Shown here: positions 41,390 through 55,550 of the stretch, in pieces | How positions within the stretch are numbered: the stretch's first letter is position 1 | Layout of the letters: every line of letters starts with the position of its first letter | Assembly (NCBI GenBank): GCA_964016885.1 | Contig: OZ024742.1 | Span: 358,422,001-358,486,000 of the forward strand | DNA from: Eledone cirrhosa | Taxonomy: Eukaryota | DNA: 64,000 bases | Direction of reading: 5' to 3' | The notes under the pieces: generated by a model | Databases searched by the model: none | What the model was told of the DNA's origin: nothing | Seen by the model: the letters and a program-made list of their open reading frames with translations, nothing else | Program-made: the position numbers and the translations under genes

Positions 41390-44300
41390 GCTTTGGTTCT
41401 ATGAAATAAAACTGTTTTATCCCTTTAGCTATAAACATGTCCAAAACTGGCTTTGGTTCTATGTAATAAAACTGTTTTATCCCTTTAGTTATCACCCCTC
41501 CCAAAACTGGCTTTTGTTCTATGAAATAAAACTATTTCATCCCTTTAGTTACCACCATGTCCAAAACTGGCTTTGGTTTTATGAAATGAAACTGTTTTAT
41601 ATCTTTACTTACCAACATGTCCAAAACTGGGTTTGGTTCTATGAAATAAAACTGTTTTATCTCTTTAGTTACCAACATGTACAATACTGGCTTTGGTTCT
41701 ATGACATAAAACTGTTTTATCCCTTTAGTTAACAACATGTACAAAACTGGCTTTGGTTCTATGAAATAAAACTATTTTATCCCTTTAGTTACCAACATGT
41801 CCAAAACTGGCTTTGGTTCTATGAAATAAAACTGTTTTATCCCTTTAGTTACCACCAGGTCCAAAACTGGCTCTGGTTCTATGTAATAAAACTGTTTTAT
41901 CCCTTTCAGTTTCTAACATGTCCAAACTGGCTTTGGTTCTATCAAATAAATCTGTTTTATCCCTTTAGTTATCAACATGTCCTAAACTGGCTTTGGTTAT
42001 ATGAAATAAAACTGTTTTATCCCTTTAGTTACCAACATGTCCAAAACTCGCTTTGGTTCTATGAAATAAAACTGTTTTATCACTTTAGTTACCAACATGT
42101 CCAAAACTGGCTTTAGTTCTATGAAATAAAACTGTTTTATAACTTTCAGTTACCAACATGTCCAAAACTGGCTTTGGTTCTATGTAATAAAACTGTTTTA
42201 TCCCTTTAGTTACCAACATGTCCCAAACTGGCTTTGGTTCTATGAAATAAAAATGTTTTATCCCTTTAGTTACCAACATGTCCAAAACTGGCTTTGGTTC
42301 TATGAATTAAAATGTTTTATCCCTTTAGTTACTAAACCAGCTAAAAAAGCTCTGGTTCTATGAGATAAAACTGTTTTAGCCCTTTAGTTATCAACACGGC
42401 CAAAACCAGCTCTGGTTCTATGAAATACAACTGTTTTATCCCTTTAATTATCAACCCGGTCAAAATTGGTTCTGGTTCTATGAAATAAAACTGTTTAATC
42501 CCTTTAGTTACCAACATGTCCAAAACTGGCTTTGGTTACATGTAATACATTTTTTTTATCCCTTTCAGTTACCAACATGTCCAAAACTGGCTTTGGTTCT
42601 ATGAAATAAAACTGTTTTATCACTTTAGTTACCAACATGTCCAAAACTGATTTTGGTTCTATGAAATAAAGCTGTTTTATTCCTTTAGTTATCAACATGT
42701 CCAAAACTGGCTTTGGTTCTATGAAATAAAACTGCTGTATCCCTTTAGTTACCAACATGTCCAAAATTAGCGTTGATTCTATGAAATAAAACTGTTTTAT
42801 CCCTTTGGGTACCAACATCTCCAAAACTGGCTTTGGTTCTATGAAATAAAACTGTTTTATCCCTTTCAGTTACCAACATGTCCAAAACTGGCTTTGATTA
42901 TATATAATAAAACTGTTTTATCCCTTTCAGTTACCAACATGTCCAAAACTGGCTTTGGTTCTATGAAATAAAACTGTTTTATCCCTTTAGTTATCAACAT
43001 GTCCAAAATTGGCTTTGGTTCTATGAAATAAAACTGTTTTATCCCTTTAGCTATAAACATGTCCAAAACTGGCTTTGGTTCTATGTAATAAAACTGTTTC
43101 ATCCCTTTAGTTATCACCCCTCCCAAAACTGGCTTTTGTTCTATGAAATAAAACTATTTTATCCCTTTAGTTACCACCATGTCCAAAACTGGCTTTGGTT
43201 TTATGAAATAAAACTGTTTTATATCTTTACTTAGCAACATGTCCAAAACTGGGTTTGGTTCTATGAAATAAAACTGTTTTATCTCTTTAGTTACCAACAT
43301 GTACAACACTGGCTTTGGTTCTATGACATAAAACTGTTTTCTGCCTTTAGTTACCAACAGGTCCGAAACTGGCTTTGGTTCTATGAAATAAAACTGCTGT
43401 ATCCCTTTAGTTACCAACATGTCCAAAATTAGCGTTGATTCTATGAAATAAAACTGTTTTATCCCTTTGGGTACCAACATCTCCAAAACTGGCTTTGGTT
43501 CTATGAAATAAAACTGTTTTATCCCTTTCAGTTACCAACATGTCCAAAACTGGCTTTGATTATATATAATAAAACTGTTTTATCCCTTTCAGTTACCAAC
43601 ATGTCCAAAACTGGCTTTGGTTCTATGAAATAAAACTGTTTTATCCCTTTAGTTATCAACATGTCCAAAATTGGCTTTGGTTCTATGAAATAAAACTGTT
43701 TTATCCCTTTAGCTATAAACATGTCCAAAACTGGCTTTGGTTCTATGTAATAAAACTGTTTCATCCCTTTAGTTATCACCCCTCCCAAAACTGGCTTTTG
43801 TTCTATGAAATAAAACTATTTTATCCCTTTAGTTACCACCATGTCCAAAACTGGCTTTGGTTTTATGAAATAAAACTGTTTTATATCTTTACTTAGCAAC
43901 ATGTCCAAAACTGGGTTTGGTTCTATGAAATAAAACTGTTTTATCTCTTTAGTTACCAACATGTACAATACTGGCTTTGGTTCTATGACATACAACTGTT
44001 TTATCCCTTTAGTTACCAACATGTCCAAAACTGGCTTTGGTTCTATGAAATAAAACTATTTTATCCCTTTAGTTACCAACATGTCCAAAACTGGCTTTGG
44101 TTCTATGAAATAAAACTGTTTTATCCCTTTAGTTACCACCAGGTCCAAAACTGGCTCTGGTTCTATGTAATAAAACTGTTTTATCCCTTTCAGTTTCTAA
44201 CATGTCCAAACTGGCTTTGGTTCTATCAAATAAATCTGTTTTATCCCTTTAGTTATCAACATGTCCTAAACTGGCTTTGGTTATATGAAATAAAACTGTT

Positions 44301-45675
44301 TTATCCCTTTAGTTACCAACATGTCCAAAACTGGCTTTGGTTCTATGAAATAAAACTGTTTTATCACTTTAGTTACCAACATGTCCAAAACTGGCTTTAG
44401 TTCTATGAAATAAAACTGTTTTATAACTTTCAGTTACCAACATGTCCAAAACTGGCTTTGGTTCTATGTAATACAACTGTTTTATCCCTTTAGTTACCAA
44501 CATGTCCCAAACTGGCTTTGGTTCTATGAAATAAAAATGTTTTATCCCTTTAGTTACCAACATGTCCAAAACTGGCTTTGGTTCTATGAATTAAAATGTT
44601 TTATCCCTTTAGTTACTAAACCAGCTAAAAAAGCTCTGGTTCTATGAGATAAAACTATTTTAGCCCTTTAGTTATCAACACGGCCAAAACCAGCTCTGGT
44701 TCTATGAAATACAACTGTTTTATCCCTTTAATTATCAACCCGGTGAAAATTGGTTCTGGTTCTATGAAATAAAACTGTTTAATCCCTTTAGTTACCAACA
44801 TGTCCAAAACTGGCTTTGGTTATATGTAATAAATTTTTTTTATCCCTTTCAGTTACCAACATGTCCAAAACTGGCTTTGGTTCTATGAAATAAAACTGTT
44901 TTATCACTTTAGTTACCAACATGTCCAAAACTGATTTTGGTTCTATGAAATAAAGCTGTTTTATTCCTTTAGTTATCAACATGTCCAAAACTGGCTTTGG
45001 TTCTATGAAATAAAACTGCTGTATCCCTTTAGTTACCAACATGTCCAAAATTAGCGTTGATTCTATGAAATAAAACTGTTTTATCCCTTTGGGTACCAAC
45101 ATCTCCAAAACTGGCTTTGGTTCTATGAAATAAAACTGTTTTATCCCTTTCAGTTACCAACATGTCCAAAACTGGCTTTGATTATATATAATAAAACTGT
45201 TTTATCCCTTTCAGTTACCAACATGTCCAAAACTGGCTTTGGTTCTATGAAATAAAACTGTTTTATCCCTTTAGTTATCAACATGTCCAAAATTGGCTTT
45301 GGTTCTATGAAATAAAACTGTTTTATCCCTTTAGCTATAAACATGTCCAAAACTGGCTTTGGTTCTATGTAATAAAACAGTTTCATCCCTTTAGTTATCA
45401 CCCCTCCCAAAACTGGCTTTTGTTCTATGAAATAAAACTATTTTATCCCTTTAGTTACCACCATGTCCAAAACTGGCTTTGGTTTTATGAAATAAAACTG
45501 TTTTATATCTTTACTTAGCAACATGTCCAAAACTGGGTTTGGTTCTATGAAATAAAACTGTTTTATCTCTTTAGTTACCAACATGTACAACACTGGCTTT
45601 GGTTCTATGACATAAAACTGTTTTCTGCCTTTAGTTACCAACAGGTCCGAAACTGGCTTTGGTTCTATGAAATAA
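41390..45675. repeat. 2284-bp (38-monomer) duplication with a nested 662-bp (11-monomer) duplication
   Basis: The marker TTCTAACATGTCCAAACTGG occurs at ~41911 and ~44195. ORF pairs 42085/44369, 42504/44788 and 42866/45150 are 2284 apart, and 42866/43528 and 43154/43816 are 662 apart. Confidence 0.88.
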
Positions 45676-48600
45676 AACTATTTTATCCCTTTAGTTACCA
45701 ACATGTCCAAAACTGGCTTTGGTTCTATGAAATAAAACTGTTTTATCCCTTTAGTTACCACCAGGTCCAAAACTGGCTCTGGTTCTATGTAATAAAACTG
45801 TTTTATCCCTTTCAGTTACCAACATGTCCAAAACTGGCTTTGGTTCTATCAAATAAATCTGTTTTATCCCTTTAGTTATCAACAGGTCCAAAACTGGCTT
45901 TGGTTCTATGAAATAAAACTATTTTATCCCTTTAGTTACCAACATGTCCAAAACTGGCTTTGGTTCTATGAAATAAAACTGTTGTATCCCTTTATCTATA
46001 AACATGTCCAAAACTGGCTTTGGTTCTATGAAATAAAACTGTTTTATCCCTTTAGTTACCAACATGTCCAAAACTGGCTTTGGTTCTATGAAATAAAACT
46101 GTTTTATCACTTTAGTTACCAACATGTCCAAAACTGGCTTTGGTTCTTTGAAATAAAACTGTTTTATAACTTTCAGTTACCAACATGTCCAAAACTGGCT
46201 TTGGTTCTATGAAATTAAACTGTTGTATCCCCTTAGTTACCAACATTTCCAAAACTGGCTTTGGTTCTATGTAATAAAACTGTTTTATCCATTTAGTTAC
46301 CAACATGTCCCAAACTGGCTTTGGTTCTATGAAATAAAACTGCTGTATCCCTTTAGTTATCAACATGTCCAAAACTGGCTTTGGTTCTATGTAATAAAAA
46401 TGTTTTATCCCTTTAGTTATCAACATGTCCAAAACTGGTTCTGGTTCTATAAAATAGAATTGTTTTATCCCTTTAGTTACCAAACCGCTAAAAAAAGCTC
46501 TGGTTCTATGAAATAAAACTGTTTTATCCCTTTAATTATCAACCCGGTCAAAATTGGTTCTGGTTCTATGAAATAAAACTGTTTAATCCCTTTAGTTACC
46601 AACGTGTCCAAAACTGGCTTTGGTTCTATGAAATAAAACTGTTTTATCACTTTAGTTACCAACATGTCCAAAACTGACTTTGGTTCTATGAAATAAAACT
46701 GTTTTATTCCTTTAGTTATCAACATGTCCAAAACTGGCTCTGGTTCTATGAAATAAAACTGTTGTATCCATTTTGTTACCAACATGTCCAAAACTGGCTT
46801 TGGTTCTATGAAATAAAAATGTTTTATCCCTTTAGTTATCAACATGTCCAAAACTGGTTCTGGTTCTATGAAATAAAATTGTTTTTTCCCTTTAGTTACC
46901 AAACCAGCTAAAAAGTGCTCTGGTTCTATGAAATAAAACTGTTTTAGCCCTTTAGTTATCAACCAGGCCAAAACCAGCTCTGGTTCTATGAAATAAAACT
47001 GTTTTATCCCTTCAATTATCAACCCGGCCAAAATTGGTTATGGTTCTATGAAATAAAACTGTTTTATCCCTTTAGTTATCAACATGTCCAAAATTGGCTT
47101 TGGTTCTATGAAATAAAACTGTTTTATCCCTTTAGTTATAAACATGTCCAAAACTGGCTTTGGTTCTATGTAATAAAACTGTTTTATCCCTTCAGTTATC
47201 AACCAGGCCAAAACTGGCTTTGGTTCTATGAAATAAAACTATTTTATCCCTTTATTTACCAATATGTCCCAAACTGGCTTTGGTTCTATGAGATAAAACT
47301 ATTTGAGCCCTTTAGTTATCAACCCGGCCAAAACCAACTCTGGTTCTATGAAATAAAACTGTTGTATACCTTTAATTATCAACCCGTCCAAGATTGGTTT
47401 TTGTTCTATGAAATAAAACTGTTTTATCCGTTTAGTAACCAACATGTCCAAAACTGGCTTTGGTTCTATGAAATAAAACTGTTTTATACCTTTCAGTTAC
47501 CAACAGTCCAAAACTGGCTTTGGTGATATGTAATACAACTGTTTTATACCTTTCAGTTACCAACATGTCCAAAACTGGCTTTGGTTCTATGAAAGAAAAC
47601 TGTTTTATCCCTTTAGTTATCAACATGTCCAAAGCTGCCTTTGGTTCTATGAAATAAAACTGTTTTATCCTTTAGCTATAAACATGTCCAAAACTGGCTT
47701 TGGTTCTATGAAATAAAACTGTTGTATCCCTTTAGTTATTAACACGGGCAAAACTGGCTTTTGTTCTATGAAATAAAACTGTTTTATCCCTTTCAGTTAC
47801 CAACATGTCCAAAACTGGCTTTGGTTCTATGTAATAAAACTGTTTTATCTCTTTCAGTTACCAACATGTCCAAAACTGGCTTTGGTTCTATGAATTAAAA
47901 CTGCTGTATCCCTTTAGTTACCAACATGTCCAAAACTGGCTTTGGTTCTATGAATTAAAATATTTTATCCCTTTAGTTACTAAACCAGCTAAAAAAAGCT
48001 CTGGTTCTATGAAATAAAACTGTTTTAGCCCTTTAGTTGTCAACCCAGCCAAAACCAGCTCTGGTTCTATGAAATGAAACTGTTTTATCGATTTAATTAT
48101 CAACCCGGCCAAAATGTATTCTGGTTCTATGAAATAAAACTGTTTTATCCCTTTAGTTATCAACATGACCAAAATTGGCTTTGGTTCTATGAAATAAAAA
48201 TATTTTAACCCTTTAGTTATCAACTTGTCCAAAACTGGTTCTGGTTCTATGAAATAGAATTGTTTTATTCCTTTAGTTACCAAAGCGCTAAAAAAAGCTC
48301 TGGTTCTATGAAGTAAAACCGTTTTAGCCCTTTAGTTATCAACCAGGCCAAAACCAGCTCTGGTTCTATGGAATAAAACTGTTTTATCCCTTCAATTATC
48401 AACCTGGCCAAAATTGGTTCTGGTTCTATGAAATAAAACTGTTTTATCCCTTTAGGTACCAACATCTCCAAAACTGGCTTTGGTTCTATGAAATAAAACT
48501 GTTTTATCCCTTTCAGTTACCAACATGTCCAAAACTGGCTTTGGTTATAAGTAATAAAACTGTTTTATCCCTTTCAGTTACCAACATGTCCAAAACTGGC

Positions 48601-51600
48601 TTTGGTTCTATGAAATAAAACTGTTTTATCCCTGTAGTTATCAACATTTCCAAAATTGGCTTTGGTTCTATCAAATAAAACTGTTTTATCACTTTAGTTA
48701 CCAACATGTCCAAAACTGGCTTTGGTTATATGTAATAATTTTTTTTTTTTCCCTTTCAGTTACCAACATTTCCAAAACTGGCTTTGGTTCTATGAAATAA
48801 AACTGTTTTATCACTTTAGTTACCAACATGTCCAAAACTGACTTTGGTTCTATGAAATAAAACTATTTTATTCCTTTATTTACCAACATGTCCAAAACTG
48901 GCTTTGGTTCTATGAAATAAAACTGTTTTATCCCTTTAGTTACCAACATGTCCAAAACTTGTTCTGGTTCTATGAAATAAAACGGTTTTTTCCGTTTAGT
49001 TATCAACATGTTCAAAACTAGCTTTGGTTCTATGAAATAAATCTGTTTTATCCCTTTAGTTATCAACATGTCCAAAACTGGATTTGGTTCTATGAAATAA
49101 TACTGTGTTATCCCTTTAGTTACCAGCAGGTCCAAAACTGGCTCTGGTTCTATGTAATAAAACTGTTTTATTCCTTTCAGTTACCAACATGTCCAAAACT
49201 GGCTTTGGTTCTATGAAATAAAACTGTTTTATACCTTTAGCTATAAACATGTCCAAAATTGGCTTTGGTTCTATGAAATAAAACTGTTTTATCCCTTTAT
49301 CTATAAACATGTCCAAAACTGGCTTTGGTTCTATGAAATAAAACTATTTTATCCCTTTAGTTACCAACATGTCCAAAACTGGCTTTGGTTCTATGAAATA
49401 AAACTGTTTTATCTCTTAGATTACCAACATGTACAAAACTGGCTTTGGTTCTATGAAGTACAAATGTTTTATCTCTTAGATTACCAACATGTACAAAACT
49501 GGCTTTGGTTCTATGACATAAAACTGTTTTGTCCCTTTAGTTACCAACAGGTCCAAAACTGGCTTTGGTTCTATGAAATAAAACTGTTTTATCCCTTTAT
49601 CTATAAACATGTCCAAAACTGGCTTTGGTTCTATGTAATAAAACTATTTTATCCCTTTAGCTATCAACCCGGTCAAAACTGGCTTTGGTTCTATGAAATA
49701 AAACTATTTTATCCCTTTATTTACCAATATGTCCAAAACTGGCATTTGGTTCTATGAAATAAAACTGTTTTATCCCTTTAGTTACCAACATGTCCAAAAC
49801 TTGTTCTGGTTCTATGAAATAAAACGGTTTTACCCGTTTAGTTATCAACATGTCCAAAACTGGCTTTGGTTCTATGAAATAATACTGTTTTATCCCTTTA
49901 GTTACCAACATGTCCCAAACTGGCTTTGGTTTCATGAAATAAAACTGTTTTATCCCTTTAGTTACCAACAGGTCCAAAACTGGCTCTGGTTCTATGTAAT
50001 AAAACTGTTTTATCCCTTTCAGTTACCAACAGGTCCAAAGCTGGCTTTGGTTCTATGAAATAAAACTGTTTTTCCCTTTAGTTATTAACATGTCCAAAAC
50101 TGGCTTTGGTTCTATGAAATAAACCTGTTTTATCCCTTTAGCTATAAACATGTCCAAAACTGGCTTTGGTTCTATGTAATAAAACTGTTTTATCCCTTTA
50201 GTTATCACCCCTCCCAAAACTGGCTTTTATTCTATGAAATAAAACTAATTTATCCCTTTAGTTACCACCATGTCCAAAACTGGCTTTGGTTTTATGAAAT
50301 AAAAATGTTTTATATCTTTAATTACCAACATGTCCAAAACTGGATTTGGTTCTATGAAATAAAACTGTTTTATCTCTTTAGTTACCAACATGTACAAAAC
50401 TGGCTTTGGTTCTATGAAATAAAACTGTTTTATACCTTTCAGTTACCAACAGTCCAAAACTGGCGTTGGTGATATGTAATACAACTGTTTTATACCTTTC
50501 AGTTACCAACATGTCCAAAACTGGCTTTGGTTCTATGAAAAAAAACTGTTTTATCCCTTTAGTTATCAACATGTCCAAAGCTGCCTTTGGTTCTATGAAA
50601 TATAACTGTTTTATCCTTTAGCTATAAACATGTCCAAAACTGGCTTTGGTTCTATGTAATAAAACTGTTGTATCCCTTTAGTTATTAACACGGGCAAAAC
50701 TGGCTTTTGTTCTATGAAATAAGACTGTTTTATCCCTTTCAGTTACCAACATGTCCAAAACTGGCTTTGGTTCTATGTAATAAAACTGTTTTATCTCTTT
50801 CAGTTACCAACATGTCCAAAACTGGCTTTGGTTCTATGAATTAAAACTGCTGTATCCCTTTAGTTACCAACATGTCCAAAACTGGCTTTGGTTCTATGAA
50901 TTAAAATGTTTTATCCCTTTAGTTACTAAACCAGCTAAAAAAAGCTCTGGTTCTATGAAATAAAACTGTTTTAGACCTTTAGTTGTCAACCCAGCCAAAA
51001 CCAGCTCTGGTTCTATGAAATGAAACTGTTTTATCGATTTAATTATCAACCCGGCCAAAATGTATTCTGGTTCTATGAAATAAAACTGTTTTATCCCTTT
51101 AGTTATCAACATGACCAAAATTGGCTTTGGTTCTATGAAATAAAAATGTTTTAACCCTTTAGTTATCAACTTGTCCAAAACTGGTTCTGGTTCTATGAAA
51201 TAGAATTGTGTTATTCCTTTAGTTACCAAAGCGCTAAAAAAAGCTCTGGTTCTATGAAGTAAAACCGTTTTAGCCCTTTAGTTATCAACCAGGCCAAAAC
51301 CAGCTCTGGTTTTATGGAATAAAACTGTTTTATCCCTTCAATTATCAACCTGGCCAAAGTTGGTTCTGGTTCTATGAAATAAAACTGTTTTATCCCTTTA
51401 GGTACCAACATCTCCAAAACTGGCTTTGGTTCTATGAAATAAAACTGTTTTATCCCTTTCAGTTACCAACATGTCCAAAACTGGCTTTGGTTATAAGTAA
51501 TAAAACTGTTTTATCCCTTTCAGTTACCAACATGTCCAAAACTGGCTTTGGTTCTATGAAATAAAACTGTTTTATCCCTGTAGTTATCAACATGTCCAAA

Positions 51601-54600
51601 ATTGGCTTTGGTTCTATGAAATAAAACTGTTTTATCCCTTTAGCTATAAACATGTCCAAAACTGGCTTTGGTTCTATCAAATAAAACTGTTTTATCACTT
51701 TAGTTACCAACATGTCCAAAACTGGCTTTGGTTATATGTAATCATTTTTTTTTTATCCCTTTCAGTTACCAACATTTCCAAAACTGGCTTTGGTTCTATG
51801 AAATAAAACTGTTTTATCACTTTAGTTACCAACATGTCCAAAACTGAATTTGGTTCTATGAAATAAAACTGTTTTATCCCTTTAGTTATCAACATGTCCA
51901 AAACTGGCTTTGGTTCTATGTAATAAAACTGTTTTATCCCTTTAGGTATCAACCCGGCCAAAACTGGCTTTGGTTCTATGAAATAAAACTATTTTATTCC
52001 TTTATTTACCAACATGTCCAAAACTGGCTTTGGTTCTATGAAATAAAACTGTTTTATCCCTTTAGTTACCAACATGTCCAAAACTTGTTCTGGTTCTATG
52101 CAATAAAACGGTTTTTTCCGTTTAGTTATCAACATGTTCAAAACTAGCTTTGGTTCTATGAAATAAATCTGTTTTATCCCTTTAGTTATCAACATGTCCA
52201 AAACTGGATTTGGTTCTATGAAATAATACTGTGTTATCCCTTTAGTTACCAGCAGGTCCAAAACTGGCTCTGGTTCTATGTAATAAAACTGTTTTATTCC
52301 TTTCAGTTACCAACATGTCCAAAACTGGCTTTGGTTCTATGAAATAAAACTGTTTTATACCTTTAGCTATAAACATGTCCAAAATTGGCTTTGGTTCTAT
52401 GAAATAAAACTGTTTTATCCCTTTATCTATAAACATGTCCAAAACTGGCTTTGGTTCTATGAAATAAAACTATTTTATCCCTTTAGTTACCAACATGTCC
52501 AAAACTGGCTTTGGTTCTATGAAATAAAACTGTTTTATCTCTTAGATTACCAACATGTACAAAACTGGCTTTGGTTCTATGACATAAAACTGTTTTGTCC
52601 CTTTAGTTACCAACAGGTCCAAAACTGGCTTTGGTTCTATGAAATAAAACTATTTTATCCCTTTAGTTACCAACATGTCCAAAACTGGCTTTGGTTCTAT
52701 GAAATAAAACTGTTTTATCCCTTTATCTATAAACATGTCCAAAACTGGCTTTAGTTCTATGTAATAAAACTATTTTATCCCTTTAGTTATCAACCCGGTC
52801 AAAACTGGCTTTGGTTCTATGAAATAAAACTATTTTATCCCTTCATTTACCAATATGTCCAAAACTGGCTTTTGTTCTATGAAATAAAACTGTTTTATCC
52901 CTTTAGTTACCAACATGTCCAAAACTTGTTCTGGTTCTATGAAATAAAACGGTTTTATCCGTTTAGTTATCAACATGTCCAAAACTGGCTTTGGTTCTAT
53001 GAAATAATACTGTTTTATCCCTTTAGTTACCAACATGTCCAAAACTGGCTTTGGTTTCATGAAATAAAACTGTTTTATCCCTTTAGTTACCAACAGGTCC
53101 AAAACTGGCTCTGGTTCTATGTAATACAACTGTTTTATCCCTTTCAGTTACCAACATGTCCAAAACTGGCTTTGGTTCTATGAAATAAAACTGTTTTTCC
53201 CTTTAGTTATTAACATGTCCAAAACTGGCTTTGGTTCTATGAAATAAACCTGTTTTATCCCTTTAGCTATAAACATGTCCAAAACTGGCTTTGGTTCTAT
53301 GAAATAAATCTGTTTTATCCCTTTAGTTATCACCCCTCCTAAAACTGGCTTTTATTCTATGAAATAAAACTAATTTATCCCTTTAGTTACCACCATGTCC
53401 ACAACTGGCTTTGGTTTTATGAAATAAAAATGTTTTATATCTTTAATTACCAACATGTCCAAAACTGGCTTTGGTTCTATGAAATAAAACTGTTTTATCT
53501 CTTTAGTTACCAACATGTACAAAACTGGCTTTGGTTCTATGACATAAAACTGTTTTATCCATTTAGTTACCAACAGGTCAAAAACTGGCTTTGGTTCTAT
53601 GAAATAAAACTATTTTATCCCTTTCAGTTACCAACATGTCCAAAACTGGCTTTGGTTCTATGAAATAAAACTGCTGTATCCCTTTAGTTACCAACATGTC
53701 CAAAACTTGTTCTGGTTCTATGAAATAAAACGGTTTTATCCGTTTAGTTATCAACATGTCCAAAACTGGCTTTGGTTCTATGAAATAATACTGTTTTATC
53801 CCTTTAGTTACCAACATGTCCAAAACTGGCTTTGGTTTCATGAAATAAAAACTGTTTTATCCCTTTACTTACCAACAGGTCCAAAACTGGCTCTGGTTCT
53901 ATGTAATAAAACTGTTTTATCCCTTTCAGTTACCAACATGTCCAAAACTGGCTTTGGTTCTATGAAATAAAACTGTTTTTCCCTTTAGTTATTAACATGT
54001 CCAAAACTGGCTTTGGTTCTATGAAATAAACCTGTTTTATCCCTTTAGCTATAAACATGTCCAAAACTGGCTTTGGTTCTATGTAATAAAACTGTTTTAT
54101 CCCTTTAGTTATCACCCCTCCCAAAACTGGCTTTTATTCTATGAAATAAAACTAATTTATCCCTTTAGTTACCACCATGTCCAAAACTGGCTTTGGTTTT
54201 ATGAAATAAAAATGTTTTATATCTTTAATTACCAACATATCCAAAACTGGCTTTGGTTTTATGAAATAAAACTGTTTTATATCTTTACTTAGCAACATGT
54301 CCAAAACTGGGTTTGGTTCTATGAAATAAAACTGTTTTATCTCTTTAGTTACCAACATGTACAACACTGGCTTTGGTTCTATGACATAAAACTGTTTTCT
54401 GCCTTTAGTTACCAACAGGTCCGAAACTGGCTTTGGTTCTATGAAATAAAACTATTTTATCCCTTTAGTTACCAACATGTCCAAAACTGGCTTTGGTTTC
54501 ATGAAATAAAAACTGTTTTATCCCTTTAGTTACCAACAGGTCCAAAACTGGCTCTGGTTCTATGTAATAAAACTGTTTTATCCCTTTCAGTTACCAACAT

Positions 54601-55502
54601 GTCCAAAACTGGCTTTGGTTCTATGAAATAAAACTGTTTTTCCCTTTAGTTATTAACATGTCCAAAACTGGCTTTGGTTCTATGAAATAAAACTGTGTTA
54701 TCCCTTTAGCTATAAACATGTCCAAAACTGGCTTTGGTTCTATGTAATAAAACTGTTTTATCCCTTTAGTTATCACCCCTCCCAAAACTGGCTTTTATTC
54801 TATGAAATAAAACTAATTTATCCCTTTAGTTACCACCATGTCCAAAACTGGCTTTGGTTTTATGAAATAAAAATGTTTTATATCTTTAATTACCAACATG
54901 TCCAAAACTGGCTTTGGTTCTATGAAATAAAACTGTTTTATCTCTTTAGTTACCAACATGTACAAAACTGGCTTTGGTTCTATGACATAAAACTGTTTTA
55001 TCCCTTTAGTTACCAACAGGTCAAAAACTGGCTTTGGTTCTATGAAATAAAACTATTTTATCCCTTTCAGTTACCAACATGTCCAAAACTGGCTTTGGTT
55101 CTATGAAATAAAACTGCTGTATCCCTTTAGTTACCAACATGTCCAAAACTGGCTTTGGTTCTATGAAATAAGAATATTTTATCCCATTAGTTACAAACAT
55201 GTCCAAAACTGGCTTTGGTTCTATGAAATAAAAATGTTTTAACCCTTTAGTTAAAAAAAGCTCTGGTTCTATGAAATACAACTGTTTTAGCCCTTTAATT
55301 ATCAACCCAGACAAAACCAGCTCTGGTTCTATGAAATAAAACTGTTTCATCCCTTTAATTATCAACCCGGCCAAAACTGGTTCTGGTTCTATGAAATAAA
55401 ACAGTTTTATCCCTTTAGTTATCAACATGTCCAAAATTGGCTTTGGTTCTATGAAATAAAACTGTTTTATCCCTTTAGTTACCAACAGGTCAAAAACTGG
55501 CT

Positions 55503-55550
55503 TTGGTTCTATGAAATAAAATTAATTTGGTTCTATGAAATAAAATTAAT
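55503..55550. repeat. 24-bp direct duplication TTGGTTCTATGAAATAAAATTAAT x2 replacing part of a monomer
   Basis: Copies at 55503-55526 and 55527-55550, after which the array resumes at TACCAACATG. Confidence 0.92.
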
